DNA from: Laetmonice hystrix
Taxonomy: Eukaryota
Length of the DNA: 64,000 bases
Direction: 5' to 3'
Assembly (NCBI GenBank): GCA_965235115.1
Contig: OZ249445.1
Coordinates: 11,904,001-11,968,000, forward strand
Shown: positions 11,348 through 24,900 of the stretch, one piece after another
How the letters are laid out: each line of letters begins with the position of its first letter
How positions within the stretch are numbered: the stretch's first letter is position 1
The notes under the pieces: generated by a model
Database searches by the model: none
Told to the model about the DNA's origin: nothing
Seen by the model: the letters and a program-made list of their open reading frames with translations, nothing else
Position numbers and translations under genes: made by a program

Positions 11348-12937
11348 CGTTCTGTCGTGGGTAAGTAGTTCAACAAGCAAAAGCTTAGGAGGGGGGGGGG
11401 GTTGGAGGATTAGTTCCACAGACTACCGCTAGGGGGCAGCGATGAAACTAATGCCGCCCTAGTCCGCCAGGGGTCAGTCGAGTATCGTCTAGAGCAAGCT
11501 GAAAACCAGTGGCGCGTTAGTAGGAGATGGACGGGACATGGTGACTGGTCGCAGCATCCAGTTTGTGAGACATCCACAGCTTTTAGGTTTTTATCTACTT
11601 CCAGGTTTTTTGTAATACCGTAGAGTACCATAATTATATGGTTTGGAATCCCAGAGTACTAGAACATAGCACTTCAAATCTTCTAAAATCCTACAATTTG
11701 ATGTGAGATCAGTTGGCTACATGAATTCACCATCTGTACAAGCAGGAAGAGAATGTCTCACAGTGGACGTGGTGCAAGACCGCAATACACTTTCAAACCA
11801 AACCACAAATGTGCAAGCTTCTCACAGATTGCTCAGTGTGCTGCCGATGTGCAGAACAAAATGATCAAATATCCGCCCATGCATTCATGAGACCAGGGAC
11901 AGTCCAGTGTCTATCAAATGCTCTCAAGTATACAATTCATAAACTTAAGTATTGAAAAGGCTCAATGCATTTTTTATATTCAAATGCAGAATCAATGCAA
12001 GTGCAAACTTCAGGAAGACAAACTGGAGATAAATTAAGATAGGATATTTTATTCTCTGCTTTAACGACAGGCACAGGGTTGGGATGAACTCTTCATTGGT
12101 GGAAAAGTATTATTGGCACGATTTGTGAACCACCTAAGTTCATATATATTTTTCGAACATTATATAATTTCTCTTTCTTAAAGTATCCATTCAAATAAAG
12201 GATTGATTTGCGGGAAACATGGAACAATTTATCCCCTAAACTGAGTCACAAAACCAAATCACGAACTTATGTACCAGGTCGATTCAAACAAAATTCTCTA
12301 ACAAACTTCGCGACCCCCCCCCCCCCCCCCCCTCGAATTTTGTTTTGACAATTATCTGTTCTTGGCTCATTTGTGGTTTTGTTGACCGACGCAATTTGCA
12401 GTGAATGGTGTAGGGTTTGGTCCGTTCGAGACACTGACCTGGGTGCTTAACTAGAGTGATGATGATATCACAGACAGCAGTGGACAACTGACCAGGACAA
12501 AGTTGATCTATACTCGGCACATGTACAACTGTAATCAGTAGTCTCCATATGTCGGTACTGGACAAATTGAATCATAAAATATACTTTGATTTGAATCATC
12601 CTGCCAAAGATTTTTTATTTTTTATTTTGTTACAACCTTCACGATTTTTTAAAAGTAGCTATGTATCACTAGACCTGTATCGTTAGTAAGATCAACGTTA
12701 TCCTAGCAGCCTCCCATACCCTCCGTGACATTTCCCGCCACCTCGGCCCCAGCACCTGCAGCAGGAACAACAGGCGGCCGGCTAGTTGCCTGACTCGCCA
12801 CTAGGGGGAGACACGGGATGGGACAGCACACCAGAGTTGGTGGTATTAGTAGTAACCCACAACCCGGAGCTGGCAATCACAGGCTCCGTTCAACATACAT
12901 GTGTAGGAACCTTACATATAGACCATTTCATTGGTAC

Positions 12938-13043
12938 CTTTCTCAGCATTGAAGATCTGTTGAAGGCGCTTTTCAAAGTAGCCATAATCGCAGTACTCAG
13001 AGGCGCTCATACGGCCTCCGCAACTCGACAAGATGGCTGCAAT
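12938..13043 (-). CDS. ANKS1: ANKS1 alternative exon A (IAAILSSCGGRMSASEYCDYGYFEKRLQQIFNAEK-G)
   Basis: Consensus branch point and tract (tactaacatctctacccttgcag|), donor AAG|gtacca, 106 nt, phase 0 to 1; similar to exon B. Confidence 0.65.
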
Positions 13044-14175
13044 CTGCAAGGGTAGAGATGTTAGTAAAGGCATTCACTAACCCAGGCAGTCATCAAATCT
13101 CACACCTTTTATACCTCTGTAGTCTGCGACACACTGAGGTGGGGACCGTCAAACATATAACCTGAAGTGATAGGTCATGAGGGTGGAAGAATTGTTTGAT
13201 AGAAGACGAATGTCACGAGACCTGCCTAGGCCTTTAACGATCAGAGGATGATAGGACCCACTTCCTTGTAACGACTACTTTACCTAATGATTGCTGACAA
13301 TAACGACAAAGCAGAGGTATAAGGGGATAGTATGATAGATATGATATATGATAAATCAGTCTTAAATATAATGCCAACTGTTGCGAGCACGGTATCCCAA
13401 ACTCACGACAATGTTCACTCTAATCACACAAAGCCATATTTCCAAAGCTGACCAGAAACGTCAATACTTTCAAATATTGAAAACATTTTGTGGGTAGTAC
13501 TGTAGTTCTTAAAGTAATGCTCTGTCCTAACTTGAGATTGGTTAGAACATATGTTGTGAGTTCACTCACAGAGAGACCTGCGGCCTAACTGTAAGAAACC
13601 GCTCATTTAAAGATACAAGCAGGGACACTCATTGCTCAAAGCAAAAACTTTTAGTGCGAATTCCTAGCATTGCGATGAGCCAAAATTATGAGATAGAATC
13701 CCAGGTCATTTCACAGGTTAGTGTCTACTTCAAGGACATAAGTATAAGTCATAAAGCCTGAAAATTTTGATATCGCAACTGAGGAGGCAAAACATCACAA
13801 TATTCTTAAGACTCTCATGGACAGAGTTTTCTGGAATAGATGGAGAACAGTTAATTCAAAGTATAAATATTGACAACAATCGTTTTCACGTGCCATGGTA
13901 TAACATAAGCATACAGGCCAGAAATATAAATGTTAAATTGCATCATGTTCAATCGATCATTAACTGCTGACTACCTCAGCGTAATTCTATACATCGAATC
14001 ATATTATAGAACATCGGATATGGTGATTACAACTAGATTACGATGTCACGGTAATGTAAATATTATACCAGATCAAACACATATCTACTTATAAATGTTT
14101 ACATTGATAGCTTCATCTACTGTAATTCTTTTTATGTTTTTTTTTAAATTTTGATCAATTTGACTGATGCCTTAC

Positions 14176-14534
14176 CTTGGCCCATTCTTCGTTTTCGTCG
14201 AGTGGACTCGAGTCGTCCCGACCGCCCTGCCTGGCTTTGCTGCCATCCCCCCGCGTTCTGTGAGGGGCTTTAGGCGCCTCCATTTTTTTTCTCGCACTCA
14301 GAACTCGTACTCTTGAGTTCAACCTGCCGTTTTTGGAAGCACTACCAATATCGCTCCCGTTTCCGTTTTCACACTCTTCCCTTTCGTCCCATTCGTCCAC
14401 GGGGTCAAAGTTCACAAAAAGTCCAGGCGCAGAGATGCGCTTCTGCTTGCGTCCAGCGCCACCTATGAGTAAGTTGTCATAGACTTGAGACTTGACTCTC
14501 CGCTGGCCCGCAGGAACTGATCCCTTGGTCAAAC
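14176..14534 (-). CDS. ANKS1: ANKS1 linker exon (G-LTKGSVPAGQRR...DENEEWAK)
   Basis: Acceptor ggtgttttacag|, donor AAG|gtaagg, 359 nt, phase 1 to 0; completes PFLG|LTKGS across the 27.7-kb intron. Confidence 0.85.
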
Positions 14535-16116
14535 CTGTAAAACACCGAGTGAGAAACATATTAACTCACGTTTCCAGTCAGACATTAGAGGTTTCCCTCT
14601 GAACACCTCTCTCTCATATAACTCTACACTACTCGGGTTCTCTCCAATATTTAAGTGATCCAAAAGAGACAAATAATAAACACACCCTGAAAATCAAGTC
14701 TCAGATATTAAATACATGCCTAGGCTCTGAAACGATGCAGACCAACCCAAGACCACCGGGCCAAATCTGATGCGTCAACTCCCTGCAGATTAAACCCAAG
14801 CCCTGATCCACGCTCAAACTCCCAAGCAGCCCTTGTGTGCTGCCCTCTGGTGGCCTGTGTTGTCCCTTAACGTTGCAGTGGTTATCTTTCTACTCCAATA
14901 GCCACTACAGAACATGGCGAGCCCTGACGAGTTCCACTCAACACCACAACACACCATCTGGTCCACACTTGGACCTGCCGACTGTCACACGCCACACACA
15001 CCACATTATTCATATCGAATTCACATCTCCCTTCAACTGACTCCGTTGTTGGATCTTACCGGGAACTGATCTTGGACTGTATCAAGATGACAACACCTCT
15101 CTCTCTGACTGTAATTGTGTGGTGTGGGGTTTAGTCCGGTATATGGGAGTAGATCCCAGGGGAGTTGTGCTGTGTCGCCTGTATTCCTGACACTACTTCC
15201 TTACTGAGTGCGCCGATAAGACCACAACATCGTCCAACGATCAATAATGTTAGAATCCTATCTAAACTCGAGACGTGGCCCACATACAGCTAGCGATTGT
15301 CGATCTGCCACCAGTCCAAACCACTAACCTTTTTTTATACACTTTTTTATACGCCAGTTGGGAAATAAATACTAGAAATATAGGAATTTTTATATTGATT
15401 AAAAACTGGACAATTATCCGTCCATGTTTTTGATGACATATGGTAGGCCTCTATGCTGTTGCCTTTACGTCAGTAATATATAGTTTTTTTCATCGTTATA
15501 TATATCATCTTTATTCACCACCAAGGCTGAATTTTTCGATACACGACATCCCTGTATAATGTAGACCTCGTGGTGTTGCTAACACTCATGTAATCCCTCC
15601 GTCCATCATCGTGATACCAGCAGGATGTTGCCATGGTGATCCATGTGGACAAGATGCGGGTTTATGATTGTGGAGATACTCCACGACTCTCTGATCCACA
15701 CATAGAGTACACACCATCCTCTAGTGAGACCACAGCAAACGTACACTAACAGGTTTGGTAAAACGAAACGGCCGCTGTGTGACACGTGTTAATTAATTAG
15801 TTAATTAGAGAATCGTAATAATTAAGTCGCGTTATCCCATGCACGCAATCTCGGCCTTCTGTTGAAATCTCTGTTTCCAGTTCCAACCCAGCAGCACTTG
15901 TTACTTTCAACCTGAGACTGGCCAGAGACCTGACTGCTCATTGACCCGTCCATTAGACAGTGGCTGGCCGGTGGTCTCCACAACACTGACCAGTCGAACC
16001 AGACCCTGGCCCTAACACCGGACCAGTCACGGCGGCCCCCTGGTGATCGATCACCGTACTAATGATGCCGTCACTGATCGGTGGCAGTAATATCTGGTCA
16101 CTGTCTCATCCTCCTC

Positions 16117-16309
16117 ATCATTACACGGTCAGATCAATGACCTACCCGCTCTATCCATGTACTCTCAAACAAACGGAGAGAGGAGGAATCATTATCACAT
16201 CTTGATATCATTACACGGTCAGATCAATGACCTACCCACTCTATCCATGTACTCTCAAACAAACGGAGAGAGGAGGAATCATTATGACATCTTCATCATA
16301 TCATTACAC
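16117..16309. repeat. Direct tandem duplication, 90-bp unit, about 2.1 copies
   Basis: atcattacacggtcagatcaatgacctaccc... starts at 16117 and 16207, with a partial third start at 16300. Confidence 0.9.
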
Positions 16310-18472
16310 TTTCTTCTATTTTCCTCTTAGTTATGTAACTAGAAAAAGATGTCGGAATAAGTGGAATAATGTTTCATTAATTTTAACAGCTGTAATAATT
16401 TTGGCCATGCAGCTGTTTTAGAAGCGTTCTAGATGTAAAATTAGCCGCTGGAGCTGTGGATTATTTGCTCACTGAGCGGAAAGTAAACGACATTCATACT
16501 AAACACTAGATCTACGTGGAGCTGATTGTCTGACGGTAAACCCGCCTGCCTGCCACACATTCCTCACTACCACTTCACCTGCCATGGCATCCGTCTCCGC
16601 AGTCTCATTAACACAAATTGTTAATTAATATTGACTTAGTTGATGAGGGGTGTGAACCGTTGCCATGGTAATAGAGCTAGGTGTATTTGCGCTACCATCA
16701 GGTGATTGCCTTCCCGTATTGTTGGCGGGCCAGAGATAACTATGACATGTCGACTTCTTCGATTGGAATATTATTCTGATCTATGCGGGTTAAAATGAAT
16801 GGTGAGCATGGGGTACTGTCCCAGAACTTCATGATACCATGGGCCAGCTGCTACAGTGGCGACAATATACAGCCTCAGGTCTCCGATACCAACCCCTTCT
16901 CCGTGGTCTTTTGTTCCCAGCGGAGCATGATCACCCAGAATTAGGACGGCGCCCGTAACCTTTGAACCTTAAGTTCAAGTCAGGTCACATCGTTGGGTCC
17001 ATCAACCTATTCCTGTCCATCATCCAGGTCGAGTTCAGGAGCCTGTTTCTGGGGGAGAATTAATGACCAACAAGGTAGCGTTCATATTCACAGGGATAAT
17101 TTTCCAGGTTGTTAGCAGTGTTAGAACCTTGGCTCCTGTCTGGCTCATCTCCCGAGAAATCAATCCAGCTAGCCGATCTGTGACCTGACCGTGACCTAGA
17201 TGGCCTGACAAGGTCAGAGAGACGCGCTTGACTCACACTGATTACGGAGGACTAACTCCACATTAAACCTTCCGGATCCCGAACTCGATCATCTTATCGG
17301 CCGGTCTGACCGGGGCACAACAACACTCGGGCGTCACATTTCGCATAGAAGTGAGTCATTTGCTTTCATATTCATCGCGGTTTGCCACATAAAAACTTAT
17401 AAATATTCACATTCTAGTTTGACTTTTCGCTGATATTGTAAATGTAGCATGTTGGTCTATCTCTTGCCATTTCGAACAGATCAGAAATCGCAGTTACTAT
17501 GTAGCTGCAGGTCAAGCTTATTATCATTAAAATATAAGGAAACTAATAGAAAAATTCTTTGATGTCTACAAACAAAATGTAAATTAGTGACTTCAAATGA
17601 AGACAAAAGTCCTGTTGATTTGTTAATCACTGTAAGAAGGCTGAAGTCATTTATCTAATTATAGCCGGAAGATCTGGTGCAGTGCTTGTTTTCTTTGTTT
17701 TTTTTCAGACGAAGAGAATTGTTGAACGTGTTTGTTGACTGGTCTTCCTTCATCCTCAGCCGTGTCAACACACATTGGGAATACGATCCAAAAACATCAG
17801 ATGAAAGTTTAAACTATTTGTGGATCCTTAGAATAAATTTGGTCTTTGCTGACATTTGAATTCTCAGTTTCCACCGTTGTGTTTACTTCTTACAGACTTT
17901 GGGCTGGAATCTATCTGAAGTGTTTGTTATTTTCCTCACTCGGTGTAAACAGGTTGGCGATCCTGCACGTTCCATGCCAAACCTGCGTTCTTCAAATCGT
18001 CGTCTTGATGAGTAGTTTATTGGTAGATCCCTCAGGTGGCAGGCCCGCCTGATTCCGACACGGGTTAGGTCAGGATTTAACGCCAGTTTAGACGCCCACC
18101 TTGACCTTGGGGACAGAGGTCATCGGCTTTACCATTCAGCGCATTGAAATAGGTGATCGCAGCGCCACCTACCGATTCACGCTAACATTGTTCTGCCATC
18201 TGTTCCTCCGTACAGCAGCAGGTATACAGAAGCGGAATACGCTCCCATAAAGAATGACGATCTCAGTTACATCTGGTATAATAACTGTGTTTATCTCTGA
18301 CTATCATATCCTCATGCCCTGATCGCGGTACAGTTCTGTTTACATGAATGCCCTTACATGAATGACCTTCATGAATGAGCTGGCCGCCATGACGAAGCGA
18401 TGTGCGGAGAACAGTTCAGAGATCAACTGTTCTAACTGGCACCTGTTACACCGTTATCAACTGGTACTACAC

Positions 18473-18979
18473 TCAACAATCAACCTGTCCGCTAATAGTA
18501 CTCACAACCAGTTGTGTCTGACTCACCTAGTCATCAGTGCAGGGGCCATGTCAATCGTCAAATAACAATGTACTGGTGAAAAGATAGGTTACCACTGGAT
18601 CAACAATCAACCTGTCCGCTAACAGTACTCACAACCAGTTGTGTCTGACTCACCTAGTCATCAGTGCAGGGGCCATGGCAATCGTCAAATAACAATGTAC
18701 TGGTGAAAGGATAGGTTACCACTGGATCAACAATCAACCTGTCCGCTAATAGTACTCACAACCAGGTGTCTCTGACTCACCTAGTCATCAGTGCAGGGCC
18801 ATGGCAATCGTCAAATAACAATGTACTGGTGAAAGGATAGGTTACCACTGGATCAACAATCAACCTGTCCGCTAATAGTACTCACAACCAGGTGTCTCTG
18901 ACTCACCTAGTCATCAGTGCAGGGCCATGGCAATCGTCAAATAACAATGTACTGGAGAAAAGATAGGTTACCACTTGAT
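18473..18979. repeat. Tandem repeat, about 127-bp unit, 4 copies
   Basis: Unit starts (tcaacaatcaacctgtccgc) at 18473, 18600, 18727 and 18853. Confidence 0.95.
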
Positions 18980-21900
18980 CTTCCCACTACATTTGAGACA
19001 ACTGACCGAACCCCACCCATCCTGCCATCCATTCCTCCTGTAGTGTTACTGTAACATAGACCTACACACAGTCATCGGCCTCACAATATCTGAACATTCT
19101 AACTGCCCGGGATCCACCATGATTCACGTTAATCAAAGAGTACATGAACCAGTGGTCAGGGTTAAATGACTCACCCCAACCCTTCCATCACCCAGACAGT
19201 GCAGCACATCCCGATAGAGGACAGGCAGAGTTCATTATGACGACAAGAAGGCCTTGACAGTCAAACAACACCCCGAGGTACGGTGGTGAATACAATATTG
19301 TCAACCCTCGACAGTCTGACGCCCGAATCTAACATTTCTCATCAATTATACATGGAGGACTGCATCACTTCATCTAATCTGCTGGTTCCAGATGAACTTT
19401 CAAATATTGAAATTACACCTTATGAATGCAGCGTTTAATGGCTTTGGAAACGTCATACTAATTTCACGAAATTATATACCAATAAAACTATACAGTATCG
19501 ATTCTACAGAAATCCTTTTCAAATAGATAAGCTATGACAACTACAATCCTACAGTTAACATGTAAAATAATACCTGACATATCGCTGCACAACTCCATGT
19601 GTTTAGGGAGGGGAGACCAGACCCGAGTCCCTCAGCCAGTCATGTGACGATCCCCCACACCAACCCGGCCTGCACGACCTGCCCATGTGCACGACGGTCG
19701 GCCCTCGGCCACAGGTGTAAGCCACTTTACCGCATCGTAAACCTTTTCTCCACCAAAGCCGCAAAGGTTAGTGGTTCACCATTTCTTTGAACAATGTCAA
19801 ACATCTGGGCTCAAAGTAGTCGAGCTAATGTACTAGTCCAATGGTGAAACACTATCCTAGCTAAGATGGATACTAACGGACCCACTGATGTCGCTATGGA
19901 CCGACGTACCCGGGGGCATAGAAAATACCATGCTCAGACATGGTAGGCTTGGATGAAATTTGTACTTCTTGTTTAAATTTCAATTCCTGCAACTTACAAA
20001 AGGGCAGTGGGTTACCCTATCTGTACTATTTCTGTCCCTTGATATTTCACTTGTAATTTCTGCTAATTTTCTTTATGTCATGTGGTCATGCTCGATCAAA
20101 ATAAACAAAAATTGTTAAAATTAAAAGAACAACTAATCCGGTGTCTATAATAGAACACTGCACGTAAAATTGGTGTTGTTGATGCCATATTGCCCTCTTC
20201 ACCACACCGGACAGCCTGCAATGTGCTCTACCGCCACCATTAATCTCAACTCCTTCAACAGCCACCACCGTAATCATCCCACTTAACCGTTTCGAGAAGA
20301 GAAAAAAGTCTCGTTTTCCGTTTCTTGTCTTCCTGTTTACATTTTTCATCTTCATTCACAACGAGTTCTCCTCTTTATGCACGTCTGTCTGACCAATTAA
20401 CGGGAAAAGAGAATGGATATGAAAATGTCACCGGCAACAAAACACGGACGTTTTAACTGTCTGCTAATGATGGCTGACCCATGGAGACAAAAAAATGGAC
20501 ACGCCAGAGCTGAGAAACATGTCGCCATAACCAGTAATGTACTGCAGTCTGTAGTCAGTCCATGCCTCGCACGGTGTCAGGGTGGTGTTCACCTCGTGGA
20601 CTGAGGAACCAAACATTATCTCCAGGACTTGTTCGTACGTGGTGGGAATCCTCGCTAACCTTCACCCCCCTCTGTACGGACATTTACATACGTATCTCAT
20701 ACACCGACTGGATGTGAATGATTATACAAGGTACTGATCCACGCCCATACTCGTCATCCACACTCCAGTGTCGGGTACCAAGCGCATAATCTATGAGAAT
20801 GAACTATCTCATTGTAGAATGTACGACAATTTATATAACAGAGAGATACCGAAGAACGAACTACGGGGATATCATTAGTAGACAGTTCTCTTTGAACTGC
20901 CCTCACTGATATTATTTCAGCAGGAGGAGGCACAACTCCACATAAATGAGGAGTATATCTGTATTATCAGTTCAGCATCTCTCCTCTTCCTCATATCTCC
21001 ATCACCTCCTGCTGCCTCGCCTGTCCTGGGGTTCCCGTAGTCTGTTTGAGTCATCTTCTAGGTCAAGGTTTCCTTTTTTATAGATACCATTTTTTTGGGA
21101 TCCCACATTCCTGAGACACTTCGGAACCCATCAGAATACTGGCTGAGATGAACAGTGACTGCGGCTCTGGCAGCTGTTCACTTGTAATATGTTACGGTAG
21201 TGTGAAACAAATCTAACCAGTCCGCTCCCTGCCAACCCCCCCCCCCCTCCCCCAGCCCGGTACTGACTCCATCCCTTATCTCAAGCCCTGACAGCCAAAC
21301 CATGCGTCCAGCACCAATCACTGGCACACCCACATATACCCCCTTGTTCTGGGTAACTCACAGCTATTTTGGCCGTCCTGATCGGGGTACTGAGATATTG
21401 GGGTTGTGGGGTCCACGACTTAACCCTGGACCAAACATTGACTCAGTCTGTCAGGTCAGGGTAGAACCACTATGCCGGGTTATGATCATTATGTAAATAC
21501 AACAAACCGTCCTATGAATGTAAAAACCCCAATATCTTCATAGATTAGCACTGATCCACAACACGGGTGAACTACTGCCCATACTATCCTCAACACCTAC
21601 AACTGACCCTCGCCACAAACAGACCAGACCACCTCCAAATCCCATCCGTTTTATTTTTTATTCTCCAATCTAATCTCTAACCTAATAAAATACATATATA
21701 TCGATGACTTGTTGGTCTGTTTTTGTCGTTACCGGTAGCAGCAGTAGTACCACAATCTAATGATGACTACAAATGGCAGAAACATATCTAGCTCTGTTAT
21801 GTGGGAGAAAAAAGTTTGCCAGGCTTGCAGTCCCACTATAGATGCAGACGTCAATATTCTGCTGCGTTCTTCTCCGGCGTGCGCCAATATTCTCCGCTGC

Positions 21901-24900
21901 CTCAGTACACATGATATACGCCTCTCTTGTTCCCCGTGGGAGAAGGGTGGAGTAGAGAATATGAGATCGAACTCGACGTCCCCTCATAACCTTGGCCCGG
22001 GGGGGGGGGGGGGGGCTCTAACACTGACCCAACAACAAGACCTGAGCCAACCCCCAACACAAACCAATCGTCCTCAGTCCTCACACGGAGAACACCAGCA
22101 GTTGGCTCGATGATCTCAAATTATACATGTATTCTAAAACAATAAAACAAGGGATATGTACGCCTTCAAATATGAAGTGCTGAGTTTTTAACGCTATTAT
22201 TTTCTACCCATCCAGGAAATCGTAATTCTGATAACTGTAAAAGTATATTGTCGTGGGTGTTTCCTGTTTACATAATTAATCAGCGTGGAAGGTAGGGAAG
22301 AACTTGTAAAAAGGATAGAAACTGATGCCATTTCGTGGGAAATGTAAAATAATTAATAATATCAAAGTTGGTTACACATTTCTTCTTGATGATCATCCCA
22401 GTGTAGGAAGCGATGTTAGTGACTTGCTGTAACGTTGGTGCTTTCCCCGGATACGCCAGTTTTCTCCGCCAGTGTACTGATCACTTCAATATTATCCTGG
22501 CTGTTGGTGAGGCATAAATCCAGTATAAACCCTAGCCACCCACTGTATGGTCATCTCCGACCACTGTCGAACCCCCACCCTCATGGGTCCACACCCAGCC
22601 TCCCTGTGTGTCATTCATGGGCCGTTATGTAAAGACTGCAGATATGGGCTCGCTTGTGTGACTGCATCCATAAATACATGTGGATGTATAAGCTAAAGAC
22701 ATCTTCAACATACCACAAACGTGGTCGGTAAAGGTCCATACCACAGTCCGTATACTGGTACCATGGCTAATTTCCTTGTGCAAATATCATCCCGAACCCA
22801 AGATATCACGTGGAAATGAGGCTCGCCATCTATGTTTGGGAACCCACTGAGTCTGTAATTTTCTGATCTTACTTTTGCCTGTCCCTTCAGGAATTTCTCC
22901 CGAGACCCTACTTGGGTAAATCACCCATAACCACTAGCACTGACAACATATCTGTGCATACTACACTAAACTGGCTCGAGATATTCGCGTTTAAATGTTT
23001 CATCCGACTGATGTAATGTTATTTCTGTTTTTTTTTTTATTTCAAAATGGCAATAATCGGATTCTATCAACAAGTTGTAAACTACTAGTTTTTAACTTAA
23101 TTAATTTTTAAGAGCTTCCCGCCATCTGGTCACAGCCCCACGGGATCAGCATGCAGTGCACGCATAAAATGACAGTAATCACCAGAATGAGAATCTACAA
23201 AGTAATTAACTAATTGAATACATGTGCATGTACTAGTAACAAATGCTATAGCTAGGGAACCTGTTACTTAGGAGGTCATAATATAACAATATAAACTGTA
23301 CATTTATAACCGTCGCTACTCAAAGTTCTGGTACTGGTTGTGGTATGGAGACACAGCCATGCGATCGAATAGTAATTCTATTGCAGATGGTACAGCTGTT
23401 TAAACAGCTGTCCTCCTGCACCTTCCTCAATGAGCCCGGCTGGCAGGAAGCTGCTGGGTAAGTACACACCTAGTACCTGCCTCCGACGGAACTACCTTTT
23501 TAAGTGGATCTAGAGCAGGTGGTTCCAACTCCCTCATCTTCTAGGTTACGGTCTAGTCTGGTTATTACTTCATATATACACAAGCAGTGAAGATTGTTAT
23601 TCTTTAAATGGAGGGAAAATTAATAACACCATAATTCACGTTTTAATGTGGTTGCTTGTAGTTAAGTCACCACTGTCTTTCAGAGCGACAACCTTGACCG
23701 TAGCATGGAGAATACCCTCATTCTGGCCTATCCCTCCCACCATGTCCCACACCCACAACCTTGACTGTAGCCAGGACCATACCCTCATTCTGTCCCTACC
23801 CTAGGGCCCACTGAGTTCCCATAGCCAGTCCCCTCTGAGACTCTCCGTGTGTGAATCCATAGATTCCACAGATCCCGAGTCCCCCTGGGCCTGGCCTCAA
23901 TTGGATCACAGAAACCCACATAGCCGTCCCCCTGGCTGCTGCCTCATCCCATCACAACCTCTAACCCGCTTACAGTATCTAAAGCACAAACCGTTTCCAT
24001 GGCGACAGTAATGACTGGCTATTCCACTGAAATTACCCGAACTCCTCACTAGGCTTGCTGTTAAGGCAAGAAATTGACACAATTCAAATACTTGCTCCTA
24101 AGCGCATCAAGCCCAATTCTCAACCCTCACTTTCCTTTACTTCTTGTCAGAAACGATCACCGAATTGATCTTCAGCTTCCGTACGTCTGGGACCAGATGG
24201 GAGGAGGGTCGGAGAGGGCTAGTCCTCCCGTCTCCATCTGTTCTTACAGCCGTGTGGCACAGCAGCCACCCATGGTCTGTCACTGTACGGGTGACGGTGA
24301 AAACAAGTGTCAGATATTGGGAATAACGGGCTGCTCGACTCGATCATTCTTAAACTGAAGGAAATAACAACATAATGAAAAAAATGGACCATGTAATTTG
24401 TGGAAGCTGTTTCCATGGTATAAAACACTCAGGATAACGGTGCTGATAACATAACAACACCCCGTTTTGTGTTTGCGCATTATAAATGAATTGCCATCTG
24501 AGAGTGAACTGTTCCGAAGGCAAACCGATTGAATCGGTTCCAGAGCGGACTGCCTCAGATGGTTACAGATAGCGGAGGGTCCGTCAGGAAATGATTGTTG
24601 TTTGACAAATGTAGCCATGGATAAACTGGCTTAGGTCCCGTTTACAGAACCCAGAGTGGAGGGGATACTGTCACCGGGCGTTCACTATAAAACACTAGCG
24701 GACCGCACTCAGTGAACTCATCCAGGGGATCCTTGTGAAGAAAACGATTGCCTTCAGTGATCCAGCAATCAAACCCGACCTCTGAACGCTTCTCTCTCAT
24801 CATCATCTGTAGATATTCGATAAGTAAACAAACACAAGGCTTAAACATTACTTAAATAATCAAACCACCATCCAGAACTTTAAAAAACACAGATCCTCCT

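Noticed and set aside
12416-12565. Possible third alternative exon ending at CAG|gtcagt
   Set aside because: The phase-0 frame from the best acceptor hits a stop, and there is no similarity to exons A or B.
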